The notes under the pieces were generated by a model. The model had not been told where the DNA came from and searched no databases. It worked only from the letters and a program-made list of their open reading frames with translations. Shown one piece after another: positions 24,927 through 33,698 of a stretch of 56,590 nucleotides of DNA (position 1 is the stretch's first letter; every line of letters begins with the position of its first letter). Source of the DNA: an uncultured Candidatus Saccharibacteria bacterium (lineage in GTDB: Bacteria; Patescibacteriota; Saccharimonadia; Saccharimonadales; UBA7683); contig CAYNKQ010000001.1 in NCBI GenBank assembly GCA_964397855.1, positions 104,046-160,635 of the forward strand, read 5' to 3'. The position numbers were made by a program, and so were the translations under genes.

Positions 24927-24943
24927 GACCAGAAAGAAGGCGC

Positions 24944-25615
24944 CTATTCAGCCTTTGCTGCGGGAGGAGTTCCACCAGCTTTCGTAATGGCTTCGTTAAG
25001 AACCTTTGTAAACGCTTCGAGGTTGGCAGGGTTTTCAATCTTGTTGCCATTAAGAATAAAAGTTGGTGTGCCAGTAATATTAAACTGCTTGGCGCTTGAA
25101 ACATCACGGTTAATACGATCAGCTACAGACTCGCTAACATAATCAGCTTTAAATTTGACCATATCGAGACCAAGCGCTTTTGCGTAGTCTTCAAAAAGAG
25201 CCTGTTGGTTTGCCGAAGCTTGACCCCAGTAATTCTGTGATTCGTAGAGCTTGTCGTGCATTTCAAAGAACTTACCTTGGTTACCGGCAGCTTCTGCGGC
25301 ACGTGCTGCAGAAAACGCGTTCGGGTGAATGCTAATAATTGGGTAGTGTCTGAATACGAAAGTAACTTGTTCGCCAAATTGTTCTTCAAGCGATTTGACT
25401 ATTGGATAGTACGCCCCACAGCTTGGGCACTGGAAGTCGCCATATTCAATAAGAGTAACCTTCTTATCTCGGCCATTCCTGACATGGTCATCAGCCTGAA
25501 CTTGCTTGGCATCTCCAGTAAAGTTTGCGGCAGTGTTTTCCTTTGGCTTTGTGATAACAAACAAAGCCCCGAGTCCAACAATAACAACCGCTAAAATAAT
25601 CCAAAATCGATTCAC
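24944..25615 (-). CDS. DsbA-family thiol:disulfide oxidoreductase (membrane-anchored)
   Basis: N-terminal TM FWIILAVVIVGLGALFVI, a CPSC active site in YGDFQCPSCGAYYP and a thioredoxin-fold C-terminus. GTG start with SD AGGAG. Confidence 0.85.
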   Translation of the reverse strand: MNRFWIILAVVIVGLGALFVITKPKENTAANFTGDAKQVQADDHVRNGRDKKVTLIEYGDFQCPSCGAYYPIVKSLEEQFGEQVTFVFRHYPIISIHPNAFSAARAAEAAGNQGKFFEMHDKLYESQNYWGQASANQQALFEDYAKALGLDMVKFKADYVSESVADRINRDVSSAKQFNITGTPTFILNGNKIENPANLEAFTKVLNEAITKAGGTPPAAKAE

Positions 25616-25711
25616 GTATTTCTCCTGTTAGGTAGACTAATAATACCATAGCAGTAGTCGGATGTATTAAAGCTAGCGTCTATAACGGGAGTGGGTTACT
25701 ATAAGTACATT

Positions 25712-26641
25712 ATGAGAACATTCCTTTGGATAGTACTCGCGTGTAATCAACTTGGCCTACTACTTATTGGTGCCGTAAAACTGAATCAATTTGAGATGAG
25801 CGAGTTTGCATTTAAAGAAGCTCTAACACATCAAAGTGGTCATCAGGCAAAGCTTCATAGGGCGCTTCATCGACTCCTTCCAAAGGTTCGTCTGCTACAG
25901 CTGACTAAGATAACGGTACTGCTGATTACATCTGCTGTTCTTTTTAGTCACCTTAACCAGCCCGTGCTCGGCTTGGTGTACACACTACTGAGCTGTCTTG
26001 TTATCATAATGCTCAGCCGAATCTTGTTTATACAGAATCAAGCGACAAGATTGTTCGAGTATTCACTTGAGTTACTGCTAAAAGTCACTGAGCTGCTTCA
26101 GCCGCTGTGGGTACTCACGGGTGTACCGAAAAGACGAGAACTTTTGCAGCCACATTCGCTAGCAGAATTTACAGATCAACTCCGGAGACTACCAAGCACC
26201 GTAGTTAGTCCGGTCCAACGACAGCGCCTCGAGACATTGCTAGAGAGTGACACCAAGGAAGTTAAAGATATCATGACACCAAAAAAACGCGTGATTATGG
26301 TTGAGCCTTCAGCTACGCTTGGTCCAATCGTTCTGAGCGATTTGCAAAAGAGTGGACACGGTTACTTTCCTGTGGCCACCAAGAAGGGTGAACCCGAGGG
26401 TGTACTAACACTAAGCGACGTATCAGATCTGCAGCTCGCAAAACAGCGACCACTTGTACGAGATTTCATGTCAGCACATGTTGTTTGGGTAGAAGAAGTC
26501 AGCTCGCTTTCTGGGTTGACCCAGTCGTTCTTACAAGAAAAACAGTATTTGGTGTTTGTTCGCAACCAAGAAGGTGAGCTAAGTGGCGTGGTGACCATTG
26601 CCGATCTCATGAAACACTTGGTGGGAATCGTTAAAGAATAG
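25712..26641 (+). CDS. Membrane protein with CBS-domain pair (CNNM/CorB-like, lacking a CorC_HlyC domain)
   Basis: N-terminal TM region, then DIMTPKKRVIMVEPSATL...YFPVATKKGEPEGVLTLSDV and a second CBS block. ATG 25712 lies 6 nt after TATAAG (25700-25705). The track start 25691 is GTG. Confidence 0.7.
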   Translation: MRTFLWIVLACNQLGLLLIGAVKLNQFEMSEFAFKEALTHQSGHQAKLHRALHRLLPKVRLLQLTKITVLLITSAVLFSHLNQPVLGLVYTLLSCLVIIMLSRILFIQNQATRLFEYSLELLLKVTELLQPLWVLTGVPKRRELLQPHSLAEFTDQLRRLPSTVVSPVQRQRLETLLESDTKEVKDIMTPKKRVIMVEPSATLGPIVLSDLQKSGHGYFPVATKKGEPEGVLTLSDVSDLQLAKQRPLVRDFMSAHVVWVEEVSSLSGLTQSFLQEKQYLVFVRNQEGELSGVVTIADLMKHLVGIVKE

Positions 26642-26818
26642 CCCGGTTCGAAGGGCCACCTTCCTTTCCAACTTACATCTGTTATAATAAGCTCCAAGAT
26701 GATCTATTTGGTAAATAACAATATGAATTCACGGGCCGGCGTATAAAATCGCTTGGATTTATGCCGCCTCAGCCCCTGCACAAGCCTGAAGCCAGATAAC
26801 CTAAAAGGAAACCATACT

Positions 26819-28564
26819 ATGAAGCGAACACTCAGCAACGAAGTGTCAGGAAAGATAAACGAAGAAGTCACACTAAAAGGATGGGTTAATTCTCGACGCG
26901 ATCACGGCGGCCTCATTTTTATAGATGTTCGCGATCACAACGGTGTCACGCAGCTTATTATCCAGCCAGAACAGCAGGAGGCATTTGCAACTGCCGAGCA
27001 GCTTCGAGATGAATTCGTAATCTCTGCTACTGGTCTAGTCAAAGAACGAACTGACGAACTTAAAAACAAGAACATCGCCAGTGGTGATGTAGAAATAGTT
27101 GTCGCTCAGCTTACGATTCTCAACCGTTCTGAGCCGCTGCCAATTCAAGTGCACAGCGACCAGATTGCGAACGAAGATACCCGACTCAAGCACCGGTACC
27201 TAGATCTCCGCCGTGAGAAGATGCAGAACATGCTCAAAAAACGCGCTGCGTACTACAAGTACATGCGTGACTATATGGAATCGCTTGAATTCACCGAAAT
27301 CGCGACGCCAATTCTTGCCAACTCAAGTCCAGAAGGTGCTCGAGATTTTCTGGTACCATCGCGTGTGCACGAAGGCAAGTTCTACGCCCTGCCACAAGCC
27401 CCGCAACAATTTAAACAACTCTTAATGGTTGGTGGGGTTCCGCGTTACTATCAGATCGCTACTTGCTTTAGAGACGAAGATCCTCGCGCCGACAGGCTCT
27501 ACGGTGATTTTTACCAGCTTGATGTTGAAATGTCATTTGTCGAAGATGGCGAAGAAGTCCGAACGCTCATGGAGCCACTTGTCAAAAATCTGGTAACCGA
27601 GTTTGGTGGCAAGAAGCTGCTCACGCCAGACGTACCGCGAATCACATATCAAGAATCCATGGATCGCTACGGTTCAGATAAGCCTGATCTTCGTTTTAAA
27701 ATGGAATTAGTTGATCTTTCCGAGGCGCTTGCCACTACTGAGTTTGGTGTTTTTAAAAACACGCTTACAAGTGGTGGGGTAGTCAAAGCAATTCGTGTTG
27801 AAGGTGCAGCTAGCTTAAGTCGTTCACAGATTGACAAGTTTACAGAGATCGCCAAGCAAGAAGGCGCTGGCGGTTTAGCGTACCTGACGTATGATGGTGA
27901 TGAAGTAAAATCGCCAATAGCTAAGTTCCTTTCGGAAGATGAGCTTGAAGCTATCAAGGTTGAAACTGAAGCACAGAGTGGGGACGCCGTATTTTTTGGT
28001 GTTGATAAACGCGAAGTAGCCAATAAAGTACTTGGCCGACTCCGTTCAGAGTTTGCCGATCACTTTGAGCTTAAAGATCCAAATGTAGTTGCACTTGCTT
28101 GGGTTGTCGATTTTCCATTCTATGAATGGGACGAAAAAGCCAAAAAACTCGACTTTGGACACAACCCGTTTTCTATGCCGAAGGGTGGTGCCGAGGTGCT
28201 TGAGGCAGAAGACAAACTTAGTATAGTTGCTGATCAGTACGACATGGTTATGAACGGCTACGAAATCTGCTCAGGGGCAGTACGAAACCATAACCCAGAT
28301 ATCATGTATCAAATGTTCGGCGGGCTTGGCTACGACACAGAATATGTAGACGCAAAGTTTGGCGCCATGATTAACGCCTTCAAGTTCGGTGCACCCCCAC
28401 ACGCCGGCTGTGCATTCGGTATTGACCGCATTTTCATGGTACTCATGAACGAAGAAAATATACGCGAAATCGTGGCCTTCCCGAAGAATGGTTCAGGAGT
28501 GGATGTTATGATGAACTCACCATCAGCAGTAGATAGAGCACAACTTAAGGAATTAGGATTATAG
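26819..28564 (+). CDS. aspS: Aspartate--tRNA ligase
   Basis: OB-fold block VTLKGWVNSRRDHGGLIFIDVRDHNG, class II motifs FRDEDPRADR and GAPPHAGCAFGIDR, and the bacterial-type insertion domain. ATG 26819 follows AAAAGGAAA; the track start 26753 is a TTG extension. Confidence 0.95.
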   Translation: MKRTLSNEVSGKINEEVTLKGWVNSRRDHGGLIFIDVRDHNGVTQLIIQPEQQEAFATAEQLRDEFVISATGLVKERTDELKNKNIASGDVEIVVAQLTILNRSEPLPIQVHSDQIANEDTRLKHRYLDLRREKMQNMLKKRAAYYKYMRDYMESLEFTEIATPILANSSPEGARDFLVPSRVHEGKFYALPQAPQQFKQLLMVGGVPRYYQIATCFRDEDPRADRLYGDFYQLDVEMSFVEDGEEVRTLMEPLVKNLVTEFGGKKLLTPDVPRITYQESMDRYGSDKPDLRFKMELVDLSEALATTEFGVFKNTLTSGGVVKAIRVEGAASLSRSQIDKFTEIAKQEGAGGLAYLTYDGDEVKSPIAKFLSEDELEAIKVETEAQSGDAVFFGVDKREVANKVLGRLRSEFADHFELKDPNVVALAWVVDFPFYEWDEKAKKLDFGHNPFSMPKGGAEVLEAEDKLSIVADQYDMVMNGYEICSGAVRNHNPDIMYQMFGGLGYDTEYVDAKFGAMINAFKFGAPPHAGCAFGIDRIFMVLMNEENIREIVAFPKNGSGVDVMMNSPSAVDRAQLKELGL

Positions 28565-28566
28565 CC

Positions 28567-29490
28567 ATGAGCACCACTGCAGAAGAAGTTGCTAATGGCA
28601 AAAGATCAATGCAGGAAACAGTTAATCAGGTCTCACATGAATTTAAAATTGAAGTAATTTCCGACCCGCATAGTCCACGTATTGAGGAAGTCGCAGCCCT
28701 TGATGCGAGACTTTTTGGTGAGCACAAATCATTACCGCCGGAGGCATTCAGAGAAATTTTAGAATCGGGGGGAGCAGTACTGGGGCATATCAACGAGAGT
28801 GGCGCACTGATTAGTGAGGCTAGTATTATATTGAACGCTGTTGAGGACGGTGAATGTTCTCTCGAGAGAGAACTGCCGCAATGGCTTGCTTATTGTGACG
28901 GGGCAGCAGTGGACACTGAATACAGAGGACGCGGTTTGCAAAAACAATTGCTTGCTGCACGAGAAGCTGTTGCAATTGAGGCTGGTAAAGAGGCCTCTTC
29001 GGCGTCGGTAAGACAAAAGAATGTTGCAAGTGTGCGTTCTATGCTGGCCAAGGGGTATATTCTAATTTCTGATGCACCTCAATATTACGGGTCGGCACCA
29101 GAAGATGACAGGGTGGCAATGTTACATGATTTTGAACTGGGCAATCCTTTTAATGATCTTGATACCGACCACAAAATGTTAGAACGAAGCATTCAGGGTA
29201 TCATTCAGCCACAAGATGTTTTAGACAGAGTTGCTCAAAAAGCCGATGTTGTTTCACTGCCCACCGAGCAAAGTGATGAAGTTGACGATGTATATAATAA
29301 AGCTGTGTCGGCACTTTTATCTAATGGTTACATTGGGGTTGCGTGTGGTGACATCGATGTAGGTGATGGTGATGCTGTCGCAACACACGCTATGACATTC
29401 TTACGAGTTGCGGCGCTTCCTCCTGAGCTTGCTAACAAGGTTCTGAACCGTAAGCATGAGCTTGATCTGATTGTGAGCGAGAGCTCTTAA
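28567..29490 (+). CDS. GNAT-family N-acetyltransferase domain protein with an uncharacterised C-terminal half
   Basis: YRGRGLQKQLLAAREAVA matches acetyl-CoA motif A (R/Q-x-x-G-x-G/A). About 120 aa of C-terminal extension is unassigned. Confidence 0.6.
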   Translation: MSTTAEEVANGKRSMQETVNQVSHEFKIEVISDPHSPRIEEVAALDARLFGEHKSLPPEAFREILESGGAVLGHINESGALISEASIILNAVEDGECSLERELPQWLAYCDGAAVDTEYRGRGLQKQLLAAREAVAIEAGKEASSASVRQKNVASVRSMLAKGYILISDAPQYYGSAPEDDRVAMLHDFELGNPFNDLDTDHKMLERSIQGIIQPQDVLDRVAQKADVVSLPTEQSDEVDDVYNKAVSALLSNGYIGVACGDIDVGDGDAVATHAMTFLRVAALPPELANKVLNRKHELDLIVSESS

Positions 29491-29539
29491 AAGAATGACT
29501 TCCTGCTGTTAATCCAGCGGGCGTGATAAAATACAGATC

Positions 29540-30478
29540 ATGAAAGCATTTATATTTGATCCATTATGGGATGAATTGGTCACTAGTGACTTGCGGAGCA
29601 AACTTCAGGAGGCTGGAGTTGAGGCGATTGTTACAAAAGATATCGCACCTATTAGTGATATGGCGGCGCTTTTCGAAGGCTCTGAAGAGAGAATTCTGTG
29701 TATTAACCCTGACTATGTTGGATGGAACTTATCGTCAGACGACTATAAAGGTGTACCTGAACTAAAGGGTATTTTCGGTGCAGCGACATCTTTTTCTTGG
29801 ATTGATACAGCCTATGCTGACAAGAATAATATACCCGTTTGTAATATCAGAAACTTTTCAACACAGGCCGTTGCCGAGTGGGCGATGACTATGATGTTTA
29901 ATGTCGCTAGGCAGGTCCCAAGAATTATTAAAGATGATTTTCCGTTAGACTTCGATAAAGATTTTATGAAGTACCGAGGTATTGAGCTTCACGGCAAGAC
30001 GGCTGGAATTATTGGGCTAGGCAATAATGGTACTGCAATTGCAGAGCGTTGTGCAGGGCTTGGTATGGATGTTGTCTATTGGTCACGTTCATCAAAGAAT
30101 GATAGATATAAACGGGTAGAGCTTGCTGAGTTGTTCGAGACCTCGGATGTTATATTCCCAGCTTTTGCAAAAAGCGACGAAGCTAATGCACTTATCAATG
30201 ACGCGGTACTCAAGAGCGTCAAGCCCTCTGCTATGATCATCGACATTATCGAACTAGACGACAACAAAGCTACGATTCTTAGTATGATTAAAGCGGGCAA
30301 ACTATTTGGTTACGCCTTTGAGGCCAAGCCTTCAGCTTTTGAAAAATATGAAGGTAATGTTTGGGCGGCTCCAGCTTATGCGTGGGTCACGGACGGATCT
30401 ATGGACAACGCAATGACAAAGTGGGTGGATAACATGGTTAAAGCAGTGCAGGGTGAGTTTCCTAATAAGATAAACTAA
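29540..30478 (+). CDS. D-isomer-specific 2-hydroxyacid dehydrogenase family protein
   Basis: NAD-binding motif GKTAGIIGLGNNGTAIAERCAGLGMDVVYWSR. Leaderless-type promoter TGaTAAAAT lies 7 nt before the ATG. Confidence 0.8.
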   Translation: MKAFIFDPLWDELVTSDLRSKLQEAGVEAIVTKDIAPISDMAALFEGSEERILCINPDYVGWNLSSDDYKGVPELKGIFGAATSFSWIDTAYADKNNIPVCNIRNFSTQAVAEWAMTMMFNVARQVPRIIKDDFPLDFDKDFMKYRGIELHGKTAGIIGLGNNGTAIAERCAGLGMDVVYWSRSSKNDRYKRVELAELFETSDVIFPAFAKSDEANALINDAVLKSVKPSAMIIDIIELDDNKATILSMIKAGKLFGYAFEAKPSAFEKYEGNVWAAPAYAWVTDGSMDNAMTKWVDNMVKAVQGEFPNKIN

Positions 30479-30494
30479 TTACAAGGAGCCCGTT

Positions 30495-31394
30495 ATGAAC
30501 AAAATACTATTAGCAGGCAAGTTTGCTTTAAGCGAGGACCAAAACGCACGACTTCAAGACATCGCGGAAGTCGATATTGACACAGAAATCTCTTCAAAAG
30601 AAGAATTAATTGAAAAAAGCAAAGATTACGACGTGCTTTGTAACTGGGGAGAGTACCTGCCAGAAGCATTGTATGAGCTGGAAAACATGCTCGTTACTTA
30701 TCCATACACAGAAATTGGAGAATTTGATTCAAAGAAGTTAGCTGAAAACGGCGTCTATGTCGCAAATGCCCAAGGTGGAAATCGTAAGTCTATAGTTGAA
30801 TGGACAATCTTTATGACCATTTCATTATTCAGGCAATTCCCAACTTTTTTGCGCATAACCACACAGCATCCGTTTACTTCAACGGAGAGTCTTGAAGGCA
30901 AGAAGGCGGTAATTATTGGTCATGGCACAATCGGAAGTGAGGTGGGTGAGCGTTACAAAGCATTTGGTATGTTGGTTGAGTATTATGAGCGTGGCGAGGA
31001 CCTTAAGGCAAAAGTTGCCGATGCTGATGTGGTTGTGAACTCACTTAACTGCAATAGCTCAAGTAAGAATCTTCTTGATGCTGAATTCTTTATGAACATG
31101 AAGAAAGGTTCATATTACATTACGTTTGCTCGGCCATTTACCTATGATATAGATGGTTTGTCCGATGCGCTGGGTAAAGGCCAGTTGGCGGGCGCAGCCA
31201 TCGATTGTGATCCTGAGCCGCTTTTTGACGTAAGCAATGAGTTCTATAAAAGATGTCTGGCTAACGAAAAAATTCTAGTAACTCCGCACGTAGCTGGAGT
31301 CACTAGGCAAGCTGCCGCAAATGGTCTTGAGATTATGGTTCAAAATGTTGAAGCGTACCTTGGAGGCCAACCAATCAACGTACTCCACAAATAA
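30495..31394 (+). CDS. D-isomer-specific 2-hydroxyacid dehydrogenase family protein (second, divergent copy)
   Basis: GKKAVIIGHGTIGSEVGERYKAFGMLVEYY and the catalytic-region block LVTPHVAGVT. SD AAGGAG lies upstream. Confidence 0.8.
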   Translation: MNKILLAGKFALSEDQNARLQDIAEVDIDTEISSKEELIEKSKDYDVLCNWGEYLPEALYELENMLVTYPYTEIGEFDSKKLAENGVYVANAQGGNRKSIVEWTIFMTISLFRQFPTFLRITTQHPFTSTESLEGKKAVIIGHGTIGSEVGERYKAFGMLVEYYERGEDLKAKVADADVVVNSLNCNSSSKNLLDAEFFMNMKKGSYYITFARPFTYDIDGLSDALGKGQLAGAAIDCDPEPLFDVSNEFYKRCLANEKILVTPHVAGVTRQAAANGLEIMVQNVEAYLGGQPINVLHK

Positions 31395-31413
31395 TCAAAA
31401 TAATATGTCTGCA

Positions 31414-32010
31414 CTAACTAGCTAAGTTTTGAAAACGAGCTTCTATCTGAGGGATTACCATTCCTAGCAGGACGCCAACGCTTCTCATTTCTTGCATCTC
31501 GCCCCTCGAGATGGCTTCGCGTATTTCGGTTGTACTGAGCCAAGCTAGTTCGATGTCTTCACCAAGTTCGAGTTCTTGTCCGCTGGGATTTTCTTCGTAG
31601 TCGTCAGCTAGAAAGTAGTAAAGATCCCATTCAACAGTAGCGCCTGCACCAGCAACTGTCACTAGAGTAGGGTCTCGTACTATGTGACCCGTCTCTTGAA
31701 CGCCTTCAGCTATAGCCGCTTCACTTGCCGCTGCGAGCATGTCCGCCCCGCTATCAAGCAGCTGGTGGTATTCCTCAAGCGAGTCTCGCACCTTTCCTCC
31801 GGGTACGCGAAGATCAACATTGTCCGTTTCTTGGCGATGCTCTTTAGTGAGGAGTATCTTGCCTTCAGGGGAGACAATTATAAGTCTTGTTCCCGGTGGC
31901 CTTCTGTATCTCTCAAATATTCTCCCGTCGGGCTGCTCGGTGTGTATGACTTCACCGATCCTACCCGTAAACACTGCAGATTCATTGCTATGTAGTCTTC
32001 TCTCACTCAT
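31414..32010 (-). CDS. NUDIX hydrolase (ADP-ribose pyrophosphatase-like, divergent)
   Basis: RVPGGKV...(insertion)...AAIAEGVQETGH is a Nudix-like box. ATG 32010 lies 6 nt after CATAAT (32017-32022, minus strand); the track start 32034 is TTG. Confidence 0.6.
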   Translation of the reverse strand: MSERRLHSNESAVFTGRIGEVIHTEQPDGRIFERYRRPPGTRLIIVSPEGKILLTKEHRQETDNVDLRVPGGKVRDSLEEYHQLLDSGADMLAAASEAAIAEGVQETGHIVRDPTLVTVAGAGATVEWDLYYFLADDYEENPSGQELELGEDIELAWLSTTEIREAISRGEMQEMRSVGVLLGMVIPQIEARFQNLAS

Positions 32011-32065
32011 AACAACATTATGTCCCAATAGCAAGAATATTGAAAGCCATTGCTATAATTGGAGG

Positions 32066-32647
32066 ATGAAGCACAAAAGTATCGTAGTTGTCGGCACGTC
32101 GGGTAGCGGTAAGACAACAACCGTCAATGGTCTTAGGAGCGCAAATCTAATAGATGTTGTGATCCCGAAGAGATTTATTACACGACCAAAGAGGCACAAC
32201 GATGATTTAACAGAAAACACTCATATAGACATAGATGAATTTCATAGTGGTAGAAAGAGTGGAGCCGTTTGGCCATCTTGGAGCCGTGATCTTGGTGGAG
32301 AAAAAGAAGAATGGTATGGCTTTGAGCCGATCAGTCAGGGCGCGAAGCTGACTGTATTCTCAGCAAATAACGCGTTTATACGAAGTAGCGATGAAACAGT
32401 CAAAGACGTACTTGCAACGGCACAGATCGTAGTTGTCCACGCGCCTTTAGAGACTAGATATGAACGCCTAGCACTAAGGTCACCAGACATGTTGGAGCAT
32501 GAGAGGCAGAAGAGACTCTCGGACGATAGTAGCGACATTCTCGAAAGAGAGGATGTGATCATTATAGACACTTCTGTGCATAGTGAGGTCGAGGCACAGG
32601 CACTCCTCATTAAGATAGCCCAAGATATTCTTAGTAGCTTGGGCTAA
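32066..32647 (+). CDS. P-loop kinase, PhnN (ribose 1,5-bisphosphate phosphokinase)/guanylate-kinase-like
   Basis: MKHKSIVVVGTSGSGKTTTVNGL (Walker A) followed by KRFITRPKR...ENTHIDIDEF...WSRDLGGEKEEWYG parallels PhnN (RYITR...ENH..L....F). ATG 32066 lies 6 nt after TGcTATAAT. The track ORF 31739.. is an artefactual 5' extension across the divergent gene. Confidence 0.6.
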   Translation: MKHKSIVVVGTSGSGKTTTVNGLRSANLIDVVIPKRFITRPKRHNDDLTENTHIDIDEFHSGRKSGAVWPSWSRDLGGEKEEWYGFEPISQGAKLTVFSANNAFIRSSDETVKDVLATAQIVVVHAPLETRYERLALRSPDMLEHERQKRLSDDSSDILEREDVIIIDTSVHSEVEAQALLIKIAQDILSSLG

Positions 32648-32703
32648 AGCACTGCGAATGAACAATTGCATAGATCGCACAAACTGCGGTACCATATTAC
32701 GCA

Positions 32704-33621
32704 GTGCATATACTCTCAGCAGATCAATTCACGAAACAGCAACTCGAGGCGCTTTTTGCTCGAACTGAACAAATTCGAGATTTATTCCAATCCGACAGAG
32801 CGGCTGTTCGAAATCTTCATAGCGGGAAGCTCGCTGCTCTCCTTTTCTATGAACCTTCAACTCGTACTCGGCTTTCTTTTGCTGCTGCAGCAGCTCATCT
32901 TGGTATGCAAACAATGTCTACGGAAAATGCTCGAGAATTTTCTTCGGCTGCTAAGGGCGAAACAATCGAAGATACATCTCGAGTACTCTCGCAGTATCAC
33001 CCAGACGTGGTCATTATTCGACACCACGAAACTGGTGAAGTAGAAAAGGCCTCAAAAGTATCTGCGGTACCAATTATCAATGCTGGAGACGGTAAAGGTG
33101 AGCATCCAACGCAGTCACTTCTCGACGTATATACGATCTGGCGTCATCACAAAAAGCTTACCGGACTCAAAGTAGTTATAGGCGGGGATCTATTGCACGG
33201 TAGGACTGCGCGCTCACTCGCCAAGACCCTCGCTTGTTTTGAAGGTAACCATATTATTTTTAATTCCATACCAGCTCTACAAATGGCGGATGATATTAAA
33301 GAATACTTAACAGACCATGGAGTTACGTTTGAAGAACAAAGTGACATGAAGAAGGCCTTCACGGGTGCTGATGTTGTGTACTGGACTCGTCTTCAAAAAG
33401 AGAGGCTGCCAGAAGGTATTCAAATAACGCAAACGTTCAGAATCGACGCCAAGGCTATGGGCTACCTGCCAAAGAAGGCAATTGTTATGCACCCGTTACC
33501 ACGCGTGGATGAAATTACCGTTGAAGTTGACCAAGATCCAAGAGCGATTTATTTTGAACAAGCCGGTAACGGTATGTTTGTCCGCATGGCTTTACTTGAT
33601 CAAATTTTATCTTCTGAGTAA
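32704..33621 (+). CDS. pyrB: Aspartate carbamoyltransferase catalytic subunit
   Basis: FYEPSTRTRLSF (carbamoyl-phosphate site), GEHPTQSLLD and HPLPRVDEI. GTG start. Confidence 0.92.
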   Translation: MHILSADQFTKQQLEALFARTEQIRDLFQSDRAAVRNLHSGKLAALLFYEPSTRTRLSFAAAAAHLGMQTMSTENAREFSSAAKGETIEDTSRVLSQYHPDVVIIRHHETGEVEKASKVSAVPIINAGDGKGEHPTQSLLDVYTIWRHHKKLTGLKVVIGGDLLHGRTARSLAKTLACFEGNHIIFNSIPALQMADDIKEYLTDHGVTFEEQSDMKKAFTGADVVYWTRLQKERLPEGIQITQTFRIDAKAMGYLPKKAIVMHPLPRVDEITVEVDQDPRAIYFEQAGNGMFVRMALLDQILSSE

Positions 33622-33698
33622 AAATTCTGAATTCTTATGCTTATGTCGTATAATTGTTGTTAGTTAAACTGAAGTGAAGGCAAAATGCAGGTTTGCTC

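Noticed and set aside
24905-24935. GGCAGGTCAAGTCCAGGATGAGACCAG, resembling SRP RNA helix 8 (CAGGUCAGGUCCGGAAGGAAGCAGC) or a tRNA T-arm
   Set aside because: There is no GNRA-closed apical stem and no complementary 3' half. As a T-arm the 5' strand does not pair. The 3' part also runs up to the dsbA-like stop codon.
31739-32065. 5' two-fifths of the 302-aa track ORF 31739..32647
   Set aside because: This stretch is antisense to the NUDIX gene (31414..32010) and has no recognisable protein features. The P-loop protein clearly starts at ATG 32066, just after its own -10 box.
32666-33043. 125-aa ORF overlapping the start of pyrB in another frame
   Set aside because: The pyrB frame carries unmistakable ATCase motifs, whereas the alternative frame has none.
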